Positions 55,966-64,000 of a stretch of 64,000 nt of DNA are shown here, piece after piece. The DNA lies in contig CAVXOE010000010.1 of assembly GCA_963763365.1 (NCBI GenBank), positions 30 to 64,029 of the forward strand, written 5' to 3'. The position numbers were made by a program, and so were the translations under genes. This DNA comes from an uncultured Alphaproteobacteria bacterium (lineage in GTDB: Bacteria > Pseudomonadota > Alphaproteobacteria > Rhizobiales > Xanthobacteraceae). The notes beneath the pieces were generated by a model, which saw only the letters and a list, made by a program, of their open reading frames with translations, searched no databases and was not told the DNA's origin. Within the stretch, counting starts at the first letter, position 1. Each line of letters starts with the position of its first letter.

Positions 55966-57765
55966 TCACAGCCGCACGCCTCCGCTATTGATCCACGCGT
56001 AGAGCTGGGGATCGACCCGCACGAAGGCCCCGCGCTGCAGGTCGTTGAAATAGATCGGGTCCTTGACGGTAGCTGGGTCGAAGCCCTGCTGCACCAGGTC
56101 GGTCTTCTTCTGCTTGAAGGTGGTGGTGACGTCGATCTCCTCGCGAATGCGCAGGAAGACCGGCCGGGCATATTCGGGCAGATTGCGCGTGAGATAGTCG
56201 TGCAGTGCGGTGAGGTTGAGGGTCTCGCGCGCAACGACCGCGGCCATGCCGGCGCGGCCGTCGCGGCCGGGGACCGCGACGCCGTAGACGTTCGCCTCCA
56301 GCACGCCGTCGAACTGGCCCAAGACCTCCTCGACCTCGGTGGTCGATACGTTCTCGCCCTTCCAGCGGAAGGTGTCGCCGATACGGTCGATGAAATAGAA
56401 ATAGCCGTTCGCATCCTTGCGCATCAGGTCGCCGGTGCGGAACCAGGTGTCGCCTTTCTCGAAAACATTTCGCAGGACCTTCTTGTCGGTTTCGCTTTCG
56501 GCCGCGTAGCCCTCGAACCGCTGCCCGGGTTTCGAGGCTTCCTTCATGATCTTGCCGATCACTTCACCCGACTCGTCCGGCCCGCATTCGATGCAGAAGC
56601 CGTTTGCGTCGCGCACCGGCTGCTGGTGCTCCACGTCGAACCGCACGACCTTGGTCGGAAACCGCATCGCGATCCACCACGGCAGGCGCCCGACCGCGCC
56701 TTCCTTGTCCTCGAAGTTGAACAGCGAGACGTTGCCTTCGGTCGCCGCGTAGAACTCGATGATTTTGGGAATCTTGAAGCGGCGCTTGAACTGCCCCCAG
56801 ATTTCCGGCCGCAGGCCGTTGCCGCATGCAAGCCGCAGCCGGTGCGTCCGCTCCCTGGGATTGGGCGGCGAGTTGAGGAGATAGCGGCAGAGTTCGCCGA
56901 TATACTGAAACAGCGTGCAGTCCCAGCGCACGATGTCGTCCCAGAATTCACGCGCGGAGAACCGTTCGCGGATCACCACGGCGCCGCCCTTGATCAGCAC
57001 CGCGCCGGGCGCCACCACGCCGCCCGCCGTGTGGTACATCGGCAGGCAGTCGTACATGCGGTCGGTCGACCGGGTGTCCATGACACCCGCGAAGGCATGG
57101 CTCGCCAGCATCAGCCGGTAGTGATTGATATTGGCGGCCTTGGGCAGGCCGGTCGTGCCCGAGGTGAAGATGAAGAGCGCGCGATCCTCGATGGTGAGCG
57201 GGCAGCGCTCCGCCTCGGTCAATTCGTCGCCCGACAGGCCATCGACCTCGCGGTCGATGCGGGGATGGTCGGCCTTGGCGCCGCCGTGCAGCCAGACCTT
57301 CGCCTCGCCCGTGAGATGGAAGCGCGCCGTCTCGAAGGCCTCGAACAATTCGCCCGCCACCACGATATGCCGCGGCCTGACCGCGTTGATGCAGTGCGCG
57401 AGCGTCGTTCCGGTCAGGTTGGTGTTGAGCAGCGCCACGACGCCACCGATCCGGGTGACGCCGAGCCAGATCGCCATGAACTCCGGCCGGTTCGGCATCA
57501 GGAGGCAGATGGTGTCGCCCTTGCGGATGCCCTGCGCGAGCGCCCAGCGCGCATAGCGGTTCGCGCGCGCCGCAAGCTCCCGGTAGCTGAAGCTCTCGCG
57601 GTCGGACAGGAGCGCCGGCGCATCGCCGTACTTCTCGGCGAGTTCCGCAATGACCTGCGGGAAGATACGGGTGGGGTGGCGTGCAATCGGGGTCGTCATC
57701 CGCAAGGTGCGCAAGGCACCCCGCAAGCAGGTCGCGTCGGCCTTGAGCCGCTCGATCAGTCCCAT
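55966..57765 (-). CDS. Long-chain acyl-CoA synthetase (FATP/FadD6-like AMP-binding enzyme)
   Basis: 599 aa. AMP-binding motif LFIFTSGTTGLPKAA. FATP-like YFYFIDRIGDTFRWKGENVSTTEVE. Confidence 0.88.
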   Translation of the reverse strand: MGLIERLKADATCLRGALRTLRMTTPIARHPTRIFPQVIAELAEKYGDAPALLSDRESFSYRELAARANRYARWALAQGIRKGDTICLLMPNRPEFMAIWLGVTRIGGVVALLNTNLTGTTLAHCINAVRPRHIVVAGELFEAFETARFHLTGEAKVWLHGGAKADHPRIDREVDGLSGDELTEAERCPLTIEDRALFIFTSGTTGLPKAANINHYRLMLASHAFAGVMDTRSTDRMYDCLPMYHTAGGVVAPGAVLIKGGAVVIRERFSAREFWDDIVRWDCTLFQYIGELCRYLLNSPPNPRERTHRLRLACGNGLRPEIWGQFKRRFKIPKIIEFYAATEGNVSLFNFEDKEGAVGRLPWWIAMRFPTKVVRFDVEHQQPVRDANGFCIECGPDESGEVIGKIMKEASKPGQRFEGYAAESETDKKVLRNVFEKGDTWFRTGDLMRKDANGYFYFIDRIGDTFRWKGENVSTTEVEEVLGQFDGVLEANVYGVAVPGRDGRAGMAAVVARETLNLTALHDYLTRNLPEYARPVFLRIREEIDVTTTFKQKKTDLVQQGFDPATVKDPIYFNDLQRGAFVRVDPQLYAWINSGGVRL

Positions 57766-57853
57766 GGCAACTCCCGGCAGGGCCGACGTCGCGACTCACC
57801 GCCCCGGTGCCGCGAAGCATCGGGCAGCGGACCGGGGGTGGCAAGATGGCACC

Positions 57854-58994
57854 TCAGCGGTCGAGGCCGCCGAACGGGACGAGCGGGTTGTCGGTCATCG
57901 CCGCCTGGTCGGGCTGATCTATCCGGGGCGTGCCGAGGAACGCGTCGAACAGCGCGCGGACCGTCTGCGGGTCGAGGTCGCGGGTAATCAACACGATGCG
58001 GGTGCGCTGGTCCTCATCGGGCCAGGACGGCAGCCGCACCGGCGGATGGAACACGTGCTGTACGCCGTGGATCACCAGCGGGCGCTGCGGTTCTTCGGCG
58101 AGCTTCACGATGCCCTTGAGCCGCAGCAGGTTCGGCCCGTGCAGCGAGCGCAAGCAGGTCGAGGAACATTTCGAAGGTGGCGGCCGGCACGGCCGTCTCG
58201 GTCACGAGCGAAAACGCGCGGATGCGCTCGTCATGCCGGTTCACGTCGTGATGGTGGTGGTGATCGTGCCCGCCGCCTTCCTGCGTGTACGCTTCGAGTG
58301 CGAGCCAGCGTGCCACGTCGGGGATCTTGCGCTCGGGGTCATACAGACCGCAGGCGAGAAGCCGCGCGGGCGTCGCCTCGCCCGCAGCCGCGTCGAGGAT
58401 CGGTGCCGCGGGGTTGAGCGCGCGCAGACGCGCGAGCAACGCTTGATATGCGTCCCGGCGCTCGGGCGTATCGACGAGATCGGTCTTGCTCAGCACGATG
58501 CGGTCGGCCATCGCGGCTTGCTTGACGGCTTCCAGGTGCGTGTCGAGCGTGGCGGCGCCGTTCACCGCGTCGACCACCGCGATGACGCCGTCGAGCCGGT
58601 AGCGCATCGCCAGATAGGGATGCGCCATCGTGGTCTGCAGCACGGGGGCCGGATCGGCGAGGCCGGTGGTTTCCAGCACTACGCGGCGAAAACTCGCGCG
58701 GCCATTGTCGAGATCGCGCAGAAGTTGCTCCAGCGCATCGACGAGGTCGCCGCGCAGCGTGCAGCACAGGCAGCCGCTCTGCAGCAGCACGACGCCGTCC
58801 CTGATCTCGCGGACCAGCAGGTGATCGAGGCCGACTTCGCCGAATTCATTGATGATGACGGCGGTCTCGGCGAGTGCCGGGTCGCCGATCAGTCGATTGA
58901 GCAGCGACGTCTTGCCGGCGCCGAGAAAGCCGGTCAGCACGGTCAACGGAATGGGCTCGGCCGGGCCTAGCGTGCGCGCGGCGCCGCCGGTCAT
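57854..58994 (-). pseudogene. COG0523-family GTPase metallochaperone (CobW/ZigA-like), frame broken once (extra base at about 58154)
   Basis: P-loop LTGFLGAGKTSLLN, CxCC motif SGCLCCT, His run GGGHDHHHHHD. ...ATFEMFLDL is in one phase and LRSLHGPNLLRLKGIVKLAEEPQRPLVIHGVQHVFHPP... is in the next. ATGA overlap with the upstream dacA-like gene. Confidence 0.8.
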
Positions 58995-60358
58995 CGCGTC
59001 TGGGCGGCCTGCGGAGGGGCTTGCGTCGATTCAGTCGTCTTGGGCGCCGGGGGCTTCTTGGGTTTCGGTTTGGCGACTGGTGCGCTGTCGGACTGCGCTG
59101 CCGCCTTGGGGGCGCCATCGGCATCCTTCGCCGCCGCCGGCTTGGCAGGCTTGGTCGCGGCGGTCTTTGTGTCGGTTGACTTCGCCTTGGCGGCGGCCGG
59201 CTTGGCAGGCTTCTTCGGCTTCAGGTCGGCGGCTTCAGGTGGAATCGGCTCGCCTGGCTTGCGCGCGGGTCCGGTGTAAACGACGACCGGTGGCTCGCGG
59301 CCGCCGGCATCCTCGACCGGACCTTCGCCCTTGGCCCTCGGGCGCAGGCTGGCGAGAAACACGCCATAGGGAGAATCGGGATTCTGGGTGACGCCGAGCG
59401 CCTCGTCTTCGTCCTCGGTCGCCTTGCGCTTGCGATGGGCACCGCACATCTCCTCGCGCAGATTCGGCGGCTCCTCGCTGATCGGTGTGAGCGCGTCGAC
59501 CGTACCGAGCGAAGGCGTCAGCCAGCCAAGCGCATTGCTGCTGCTGCTGCTGTTGAAGCCGCGCTCGAGAAGTTGCGCCGCCTTCATGGCGCGCGCCTGC
59601 GACGACGAAGCTCCCAGCACGACCGCGATCATGCGCTTGCCATTGCGGCTCGCCGAGGCGACGAGATTGAAGCCGGAGGCGCAGATGAAGCCGGTCTTCA
59701 TACCGTCGGCGCCCGGGTAGCGGCCGATCAGCGAGTTGTAGTTGCGCATCACGGTCTTGCCGAACTTGATCGCCGGGATGTGCCAGAAATGATCGTATTC
59801 CGGGAACTCGCGGATGAGCGCGCGGGCGAGAATGCCAAGATCGCGCGCCGAGGTGATCTGGTCGTCGGCCGGCAAGCCATTCGGATTGACGAAGCTCGAC
59901 GACACCATGCCGAGGCGGCGCGCATTCTCGTTCATCAGGCCGGCGAAACTCTCGATCGAGCCGCCGACGCCCTCGGCCAGCACCACCGCCATGTCGTTCG
60001 AGGATCGCACCAGCATCATCTTGAGCGCGTTTTCGACGGTGACGACGGTGCCGACCGGGAACCCCATCTTGACCGGCTGCTGCGCGGCGGCGTTCGCCGA
60101 GACTTTCACCGCGGTGTCGAGCGTGATGCGGCCTTCCTTGATGGCGCGCAACGTCACATAGGTCGTCATCAGCTTGGTGACGGAGGCCGGATACCACGGG
60201 TGGCCGGCATTCTCGGCGTGGATGACCTTGCCGGAATCAGCCTCGATCACCAGCAACGCTTCCGACGACGCAGGCGCTGTCGCAAGCGTCATGGCGGCGA
60301 GCGCGGCGGCCGCGCTCAACAGGAGCCGTGGGAAGCTTGCTCGAACGAAATGTCGCAA
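58991..60358 (-). CDS. D-alanyl-D-alanine carboxypeptidase (peptidase S11, PBP5/6-like) with Lys/Ala/Pro-rich C-terminal tail
   Basis: Signal peptide ...LLLSAAAALAAMTLATAPASS. Motifs SVTK (SxxK), SSND (SxN), KTGF (KTG). The ~110-aa tail is ...KPKKPAKPAAAKAKSTDTKTAATKPAKPAAAK... Confidence 0.88.
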   Translation of the reverse strand: MRHFVRASFPRLLLSAAAALAAMTLATAPASSEALLVIEADSGKVIHAENAGHPWYPASVTKLMTTYVTLRAIKEGRITLDTAVKVSANAAAQQPVKMGFPVGTVVTVENALKMMLVRSSNDMAVVLAEGVGGSIESFAGLMNENARRLGMVSSSFVNPNGLPADDQITSARDLGILARALIREFPEYDHFWHIPAIKFGKTVMRNYNSLIGRYPGADGMKTGFICASGFNLVASASRNGKRMIAVVLGASSSQARAMKAAQLLERGFNSSSSSNALGWLTPSLGTVDALTPISEEPPNLREEMCGAHRKRKATEDEDEALGVTQNPDSPYGVFLASLRPRAKGEGPVEDAGGREPPVVVYTGPARKPGEPIPPEAADLKPKKPAKPAAAKAKSTDTKTAATKPAKPAAAKDADGAPKAAAQSDSAPVAKPKPKKPPAPKTTESTQAPPQAAQTR

Positions 60359-60623
60359 CAGTCGCGGTCCGTTTCGTGGGTCGGGCCTCGGAAACGCCTG
60401 ACGAACGGTCAGCGTGATGGTGTGTAAGCCGGTGGCGCATGATTGGCAAAAGCACCGCGCCCGGTTCCCCAGCGCCCCTGCCGCTCAAGGAGCGAGTGTG
60501 CTAAGGGAAAACGTCTAAAATTCGGCAAGTTAGCGCCATAAAGACCGCTTTCGACCGAGCTTATCGGTTGCGATCGCGGCACAACCGCGCCAATCGCGCG
60601 CGGAACAATGATGGGAGAGCGCC

Positions 60624-61790
60624 ATGACGGCTTGTATCGTCGGATGGGCCCACACCAAGTTCGGGCGGCTTGAGGGGGAAACCGTCGAGAGCCTGATCGT
60701 GCGGGTTGCGGGCGAGGCGCTGGCGGACGCCGGGATCGGGCCGGGCGATGTCGACGAGATCGTGCTCGGGCATTTCAACGCCGGTTTCTCGGCGCAGGAT
60801 TTTACCGCTTCCCTCGTCCTGCAGGCCTCGCCGGAACTCCGCTTCAAGCGCGCGCTCCGGGTCGAGAATGCCTGCGCCACCGGTTCGGCCGCCGTGCACC
60901 AGGGCCTCAAGGCGATCGAGGCGAAGGCCGCACGCATCGTCTTGGTGGTCGGCGCCGAGCAGATGACCACGACGCCCGCGGCCGATATCGGCAAGAACCT
61001 GCTCAAGGCTTCCTACGTGCGCGAGGAGGCCGACATCGAGGGCGGCTTCGCGGGCATCTTCGGCCAGATCGCGGGACTCTACTTCCAGCGCTGGGGCGAC
61101 CAGTCGGACGCGCTTGCTCGCATCGCCGCCAAGAACCACCGCAACGGCGTCGGCAATCCTTACGCCCAGATCCGCAAGGACCTCGGCTACGACTTCTGCC
61201 GCACCGAGAGCGAGAAGAATCCGCGCGTTGCGGGCCCCCTCAAGCGCACCGACTGCTCGCTCGTCTCCGACGGCGCCGCCGCGGTTGTGCTGGCGGATGT
61301 CGGCACCGCGCTCAGGCTCGGCAAGGCGGTCGCGTTCCGGGCCGCCGAACACGTGCAGGACTTCCTGCCGATGTCGAAGCGCGACGTGCTCAAGTTCGAA
61401 GGCTGCACGCAGGCCTGGCAGCGGGCGCTCGCGAGCGCCGGCCTCGCGCTCACCGATCTCTCGTTCGTCGAAACGCATGACTGCTTCACCATCGCCGAGC
61501 TGATCGAGTACGAGGCGATGGGTTTGGCGCCGGAAGGGCAGGGCGCACGCGTGATCGCGGAGGGCCTCACCGAAAAGACCGGCAAGCTGCCGGTCAATCC
61601 GTCCGGCGGGCTCAAGGCCAAGGGCCATCCGATCGGCGCCACCGGCGTGTCGATGCACGCGATCACCGCGATGCAGCTCACCGGGACGGCGGGCGACATG
61701 CAGGTGCCGGATGCCCGCCTCGGCGGCATCTTCAACATGGGCGGCACGGCGGTCGCCAACTACGTGAGCATCCTGGAACGGATCAGGTAG
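60624..61790 (+). CDS. Thiolase-domain protein (SCP-x/lipid-transfer-type acetyl-CoA acetyltransferase-like)
   Basis: 388 aa. Active-site Cys context [14 protein letters not shown]-terminal [14 protein letters not shown] and FNMGG. Confidence 0.85.
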   Translation: MTACIVGWAHTKFGRLEGETVESLIVRVAGEALADAGIGPGDVDEIVLGHFNAGFSAQDFTASLVLQASPELRFKRALRVENACATGSAAVHQGLKAIEAKAARIVLVVGAEQMTTTPAADIGKNLLKASYVREEADIEGGFAGIFGQIAGLYFQRWGDQSDALARIAAKNHRNGVGNPYAQIRKDLGYDFCRTESEKNPRVAGPLKRTDCSLVSDGAAAVVLADVGTALRLGKAVAFRAAEHVQDFLPMSKRDVLKFEGCTQAWQRALASAGLALTDLSFVETHDCFTIAELIEYEAMGLAPEGQGARVIAEGLTEKTGKLPVNPSGGLKAKGHPIGATGVSMHAITAMQLTGTAGDMQVPDARLGGIFNMGGTAVANYVSILERIR

Positions 61791-63600
61791 GGCCGACGCC
61801 GCCTTCGGCGAGCGCCAGGGCTTCGGTCTCCGCCTTGATCGCCTTCGTCTCCGCCATCAGGAACTGCGTCTTGGCAAGCTCGGCGAAATGCCCGCCGAGG
61901 TGCACCAGCTCGTCGAACGTTCCGCTCTCGATGATCCGGGCATTCTCGAACACCAGAATCTTGCTGGCGTTGCGGATGGTGGCGAGCCGATGCGCGATCA
62001 CGAACGTGGTGCGGCCCTTCATGACTTCGGCGAGCGCCGTCTGCACCTTGGCCTCGGTCAGTGCGTCGAGCGCGCTTGTTGCCTCGTCGAGGATGAGGAT
62101 CGGCGGGTCCTTGAGCAGCGCACGCGCGATCGACAGCCGCTGGCGCTCGCCGCCCGAGAACAGCCGTCCGCGTTCACCGGCCGGCATCTCGAAGCCTTGC
62201 GGCTGGCGCTCGATCACGTCCATGACCTGCGCACGCTCGCAGGCCGCGCGCATCTCCTCCTCGGTGGCATCGGGCTTGCCGACGCGCAGGTTCTCCGCGA
62301 CCGAACGGTTGAACAGCAGCACCTCCTGGAAGACGACGCCGATGTTGCGCCGCAGCCCCAATAGCGTGATCGAGCGAATGTCCATGCCGTCGATCTTCAC
62401 CGCGCCGGACTGCGGGTCGAACACGCGGTGGAGCAGCGCGAGCGCCGTCGACTTGCCGGCTCCGGTAGCGCCGACCAGCGCGACGGTCTGGCCGGGCAGC
62501 GCGGTGAAGTTCAGGTCGGCGACCGCCGGACGCTTGCCGTCGTAGGAGAACGAGACATCCTTGAACTCGACCAGTCCGCGCATGCGGCCCGGGTCGACCG
62601 CATCGGGGCGGTCGCGTACCGCCGGTACAGTGTCGAGCACCTCGAAAAATTCCTGCAATCGCGGCGATTCCGTCACCATGACGTTGGCGAAGTGCACCGC
62701 CTGATCGAGCTTGCCGACGAGCAGCGTCGCATAGCTCATGAACATCACGATCTCGCCGACTGTGGTCTCGCCGCGGATGTAGAAATAGATCCCGAGGATC
62801 AGGATCGCCAGCATGGTGAGCGTGGTTGCGGCGCGCGTGATCACGCTCGCGAGCGCCCACCAGGCGAGCACCGGCAGTTGGGCGCCCAGCGCAGCGTCGC
62901 CCACCTTCTTCATGCTGGCCACTTCGGATTCGATGCGCGCGAAGCTCTGAATCAGCGCAATGTTGCCCAGCGTGTCGGTGGTGCGTTCGGCGATATCGCT
63001 GTAGTGGCTCTCGACCTTGCCTTGCAGCGTCTGGCTGCGGTTGACGACCAATGCGATCAGCATGGTGAACACGACGCACAATCCGATCAGCAACAGGCCG
63101 TAGCGCCAGTTGATGAACAGCGTGAGCGGCAACAGCACGATCAGCGACACAAAGCTTGCGAAATGCTCGCGGAAGAACGACAGCCACAGCCCCCACAGCG
63201 TGTTGGTGCCGGTCATCATCACCTTCACCAGCCGCCCGGAATGCGCGCCGGTGTAGTAGCTCTGCGGAAGCTGCAGCACGTGCTCGAAGAACATGGCGCG
63301 CACGACCTGGTATTGGCGGTGGGCGAGGCGGTCGGCGTGCAGTGCGACCAGCGTGCTGCAGACGATCGAGAACAGCGCGAAGCCGACCCAAGCTCCGACC
63401 AGCACCATCAATTCATGCCAGTTCAAGGTGGCGATGCGGCCTTGCGAATTTGCCAGCGTGTCGATGATGCGGCCGAACAAAATCGGCTCGACGAACATCA
63501 CCGATGCGATGGCGAGGTTCGCGATCGCCAGCACCCAGCCGAGACGGGCTTCGCGCCCGAGCATTTCGAGCACGCGGATGTAGAGGCGGATGAATTTCAT
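61783..63600 (-). CDS. ABC exporter, fused permease/ATPase, ChvA/NdvA (cyclic beta-1,2-glucan exporter)-like
   Basis: 605 aa from MKFIRLY. The N-terminal [14 protein letters not shown] resembles ChvA/NdvA as recalled. Walker [10 protein letters not shown], signature [15 protein letters not shown], Walker [13 protein letters not shown]. The 3' end overlaps the thiolase 3' end by 8 nt (convergent). Confidence 0.75.
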   Translation of the reverse strand: MKFIRLYIRVLEMLGREARLGWVLAIANLAIASVMFVEPILFGRIIDTLANSQGRIATLNWHELMVLVGAWVGFALFSIVCSTLVALHADRLAHRQYQVVRAMFFEHVLQLPQSYYTGAHSGRLVKVMMTGTNTLWGLWLSFFREHFASFVSLIVLLPLTLFINWRYGLLLIGLCVVFTMLIALVVNRSQTLQGKVESHYSDIAERTTDTLGNIALIQSFARIESEVASMKKVGDAALGAQLPVLAWWALASVITRAATTLTMLAILILGIYFYIRGETTVGEIVMFMSYATLLVGKLDQAVHFANVMVTESPRLQEFFEVLDTVPAVRDRPDAVDPGRMRGLVEFKDVSFSYDGKRPAVADLNFTALPGQTVALVGATGAGKSTALALLHRVFDPQSGAVKIDGMDIRSITLLGLRRNIGVVFQEVLLFNRSVAENLRVGKPDATEEEMRAACERAQVMDVIERQPQGFEMPAGERGRLFSGGERQRLSIARALLKDPPILILDEATSALDALTEAKVQTALAEVMKGRTTFVIAHRLATIRNASKILVFENARIIESGTFDELVHLGGHFAELAKTQFLMAETKAIKAETEALALAEGGVGPT

Positions 63601-63804
63601 GATGCCGACTTCAGACGACGCACGATAAAAACTCCCCGGACGTTCGGTTTGTTCGATCAAAATTCAGCACATTAATTGCCGATTCCGACCGTGCCGACAA
63701 CGTTTATTGCGCAGCCGGTGCAATCTGAAATTGACCGGCGGCATTGTGAGACAGAGAATAAACAACGAGGCTAATGTTGCAAAGGAACCAAGTCAGGGGC
63801 GCAA

Positions 63805-64000
63805 ATGATGATGATGAATATTCCGACCGATCTTCTGCGGACCCTGGTTGCGGTCGTGGATTTGCGGAGCTTTACCAAGGCAGCCCAATCGTTCGGGGTG
63901 ACCCAGCCTGCGGTCAGCGCGCAGATCAAGCGGTTGCAGTTTCTCCTCGGGTTCGAGCTCCTGGACAAGAGCGCGCCGGGTGTGAGCCTGACGGCGCGCG
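63805..64000 (+). CDS. LysR-family transcriptional regulator, N-terminal part (runs off the window)
   Basis: MMMMNIPTDLLRTLVAVVDLRSFTKAAQSFGVTQPAVSAQIKRLQFLLGFELLDKS is the canonical LysR wHTH. Absent from the ORF track because no stop is reached. Divergent from the exporter gene. Confidence 0.85.
   Translation, partial: MMMMNIPTDLLRTLVAVVDLRSFTKAAQSFGVTQPAVSAQIKRLQFLLGFELLDKSAPGVSLTAR

Noticed and set aside
55891-57987. 698-aa plus-strand ORF
   Set aside because: It is antisense to the acyl-CoA synthetase gene, which has clear AMP-binding motifs. Its composition is dominated by Arg/Ala/Gly/Asp with no recognisable motif.
4182-58994. Programmed ribosomal frameshifting as an explanation for the frame breaks
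   Set aside because: I see no slippery heptamers (X XXY YYZ or A AAA AAG types), stimulatory SD-like elements or downstream pseudoknot-like structures at the joins. The affected families (Bug, ABC, alpha/beta hydrolase, COG0523) are not known to use recoding.
1-64000. Mobile element, prophage, integron, tRNA, rRNA or genomic-island boundaries
   Set aside because: I recognised no transposase, integrase, recombinase, phage structural genes or tRNA-like sequence (no GGTTCGAATCC-type T-arm). The only repeats are short REP-like palindromes.

Overview
GC-rich chromosomal segment (about two-thirds G+C by eye). Gene content and intergenic palindromic repeats look like a Bradyrhizobium/Rhodopseudomonas-type alphaproteobacterium; that assignment rests on recollection of the repeat families, not on a search. 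I found no rRNA, tRNA, CRISPR array, transposase, integrase or phage genes. I call about 50 genes, dominated by solute uptake and oxidative catabolism. Uptake genes include five Bug/TctC-type periplasmic receptors with no TctAB membrane partner, two ABC systems and lone ABC-type binding proteins. Catabolic genes include two molybdenum hydroxylases, an LLM monooxygenase, hydrolases, a Zn-ADH, an isochorismatase-type hydrolase and a CoA-transferase/ligase/thiolase. There are also cell-envelope genes (Amidase_3 plus VanX-like dipeptidase, DacA-type carboxypeptidase, flippase plus CelD-like GNAT, ChvA/NdvA-like exporter), pitA, and a FecR / CHASE2-PAS-GGDEF-EAL signalling pair. The most unusual locus is 37007-41205. 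A thiamine-diphosphate enzyme with a twin-arginine export signal is translationally coupled to a dihaem c-type cytochrome and followed by a second, signal-less ThDP enzyme. This suggests a periplasmic ThDP-dependent, cytochrome-c-linked oxidoreductase, a class I do not know to be characterised. Other notable points: (1) About nine single-base frame disruptions in seven genes plus one heavily decayed paralogue; seven of the nine are net +1, so sequencing error and real pseudogenisation both remain possible. (2) A 71-aa protein that is about one-third histidine. (3) At least 17 intergenic palindromic repeats in four families, almost always just 3' of a stop codon. (4) A 367-bp AT-rich divergent control region. 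Most long ORFs in the six-frame track that lie antisense or out of frame to these genes are GC-driven shadow ORFs and were rejected.
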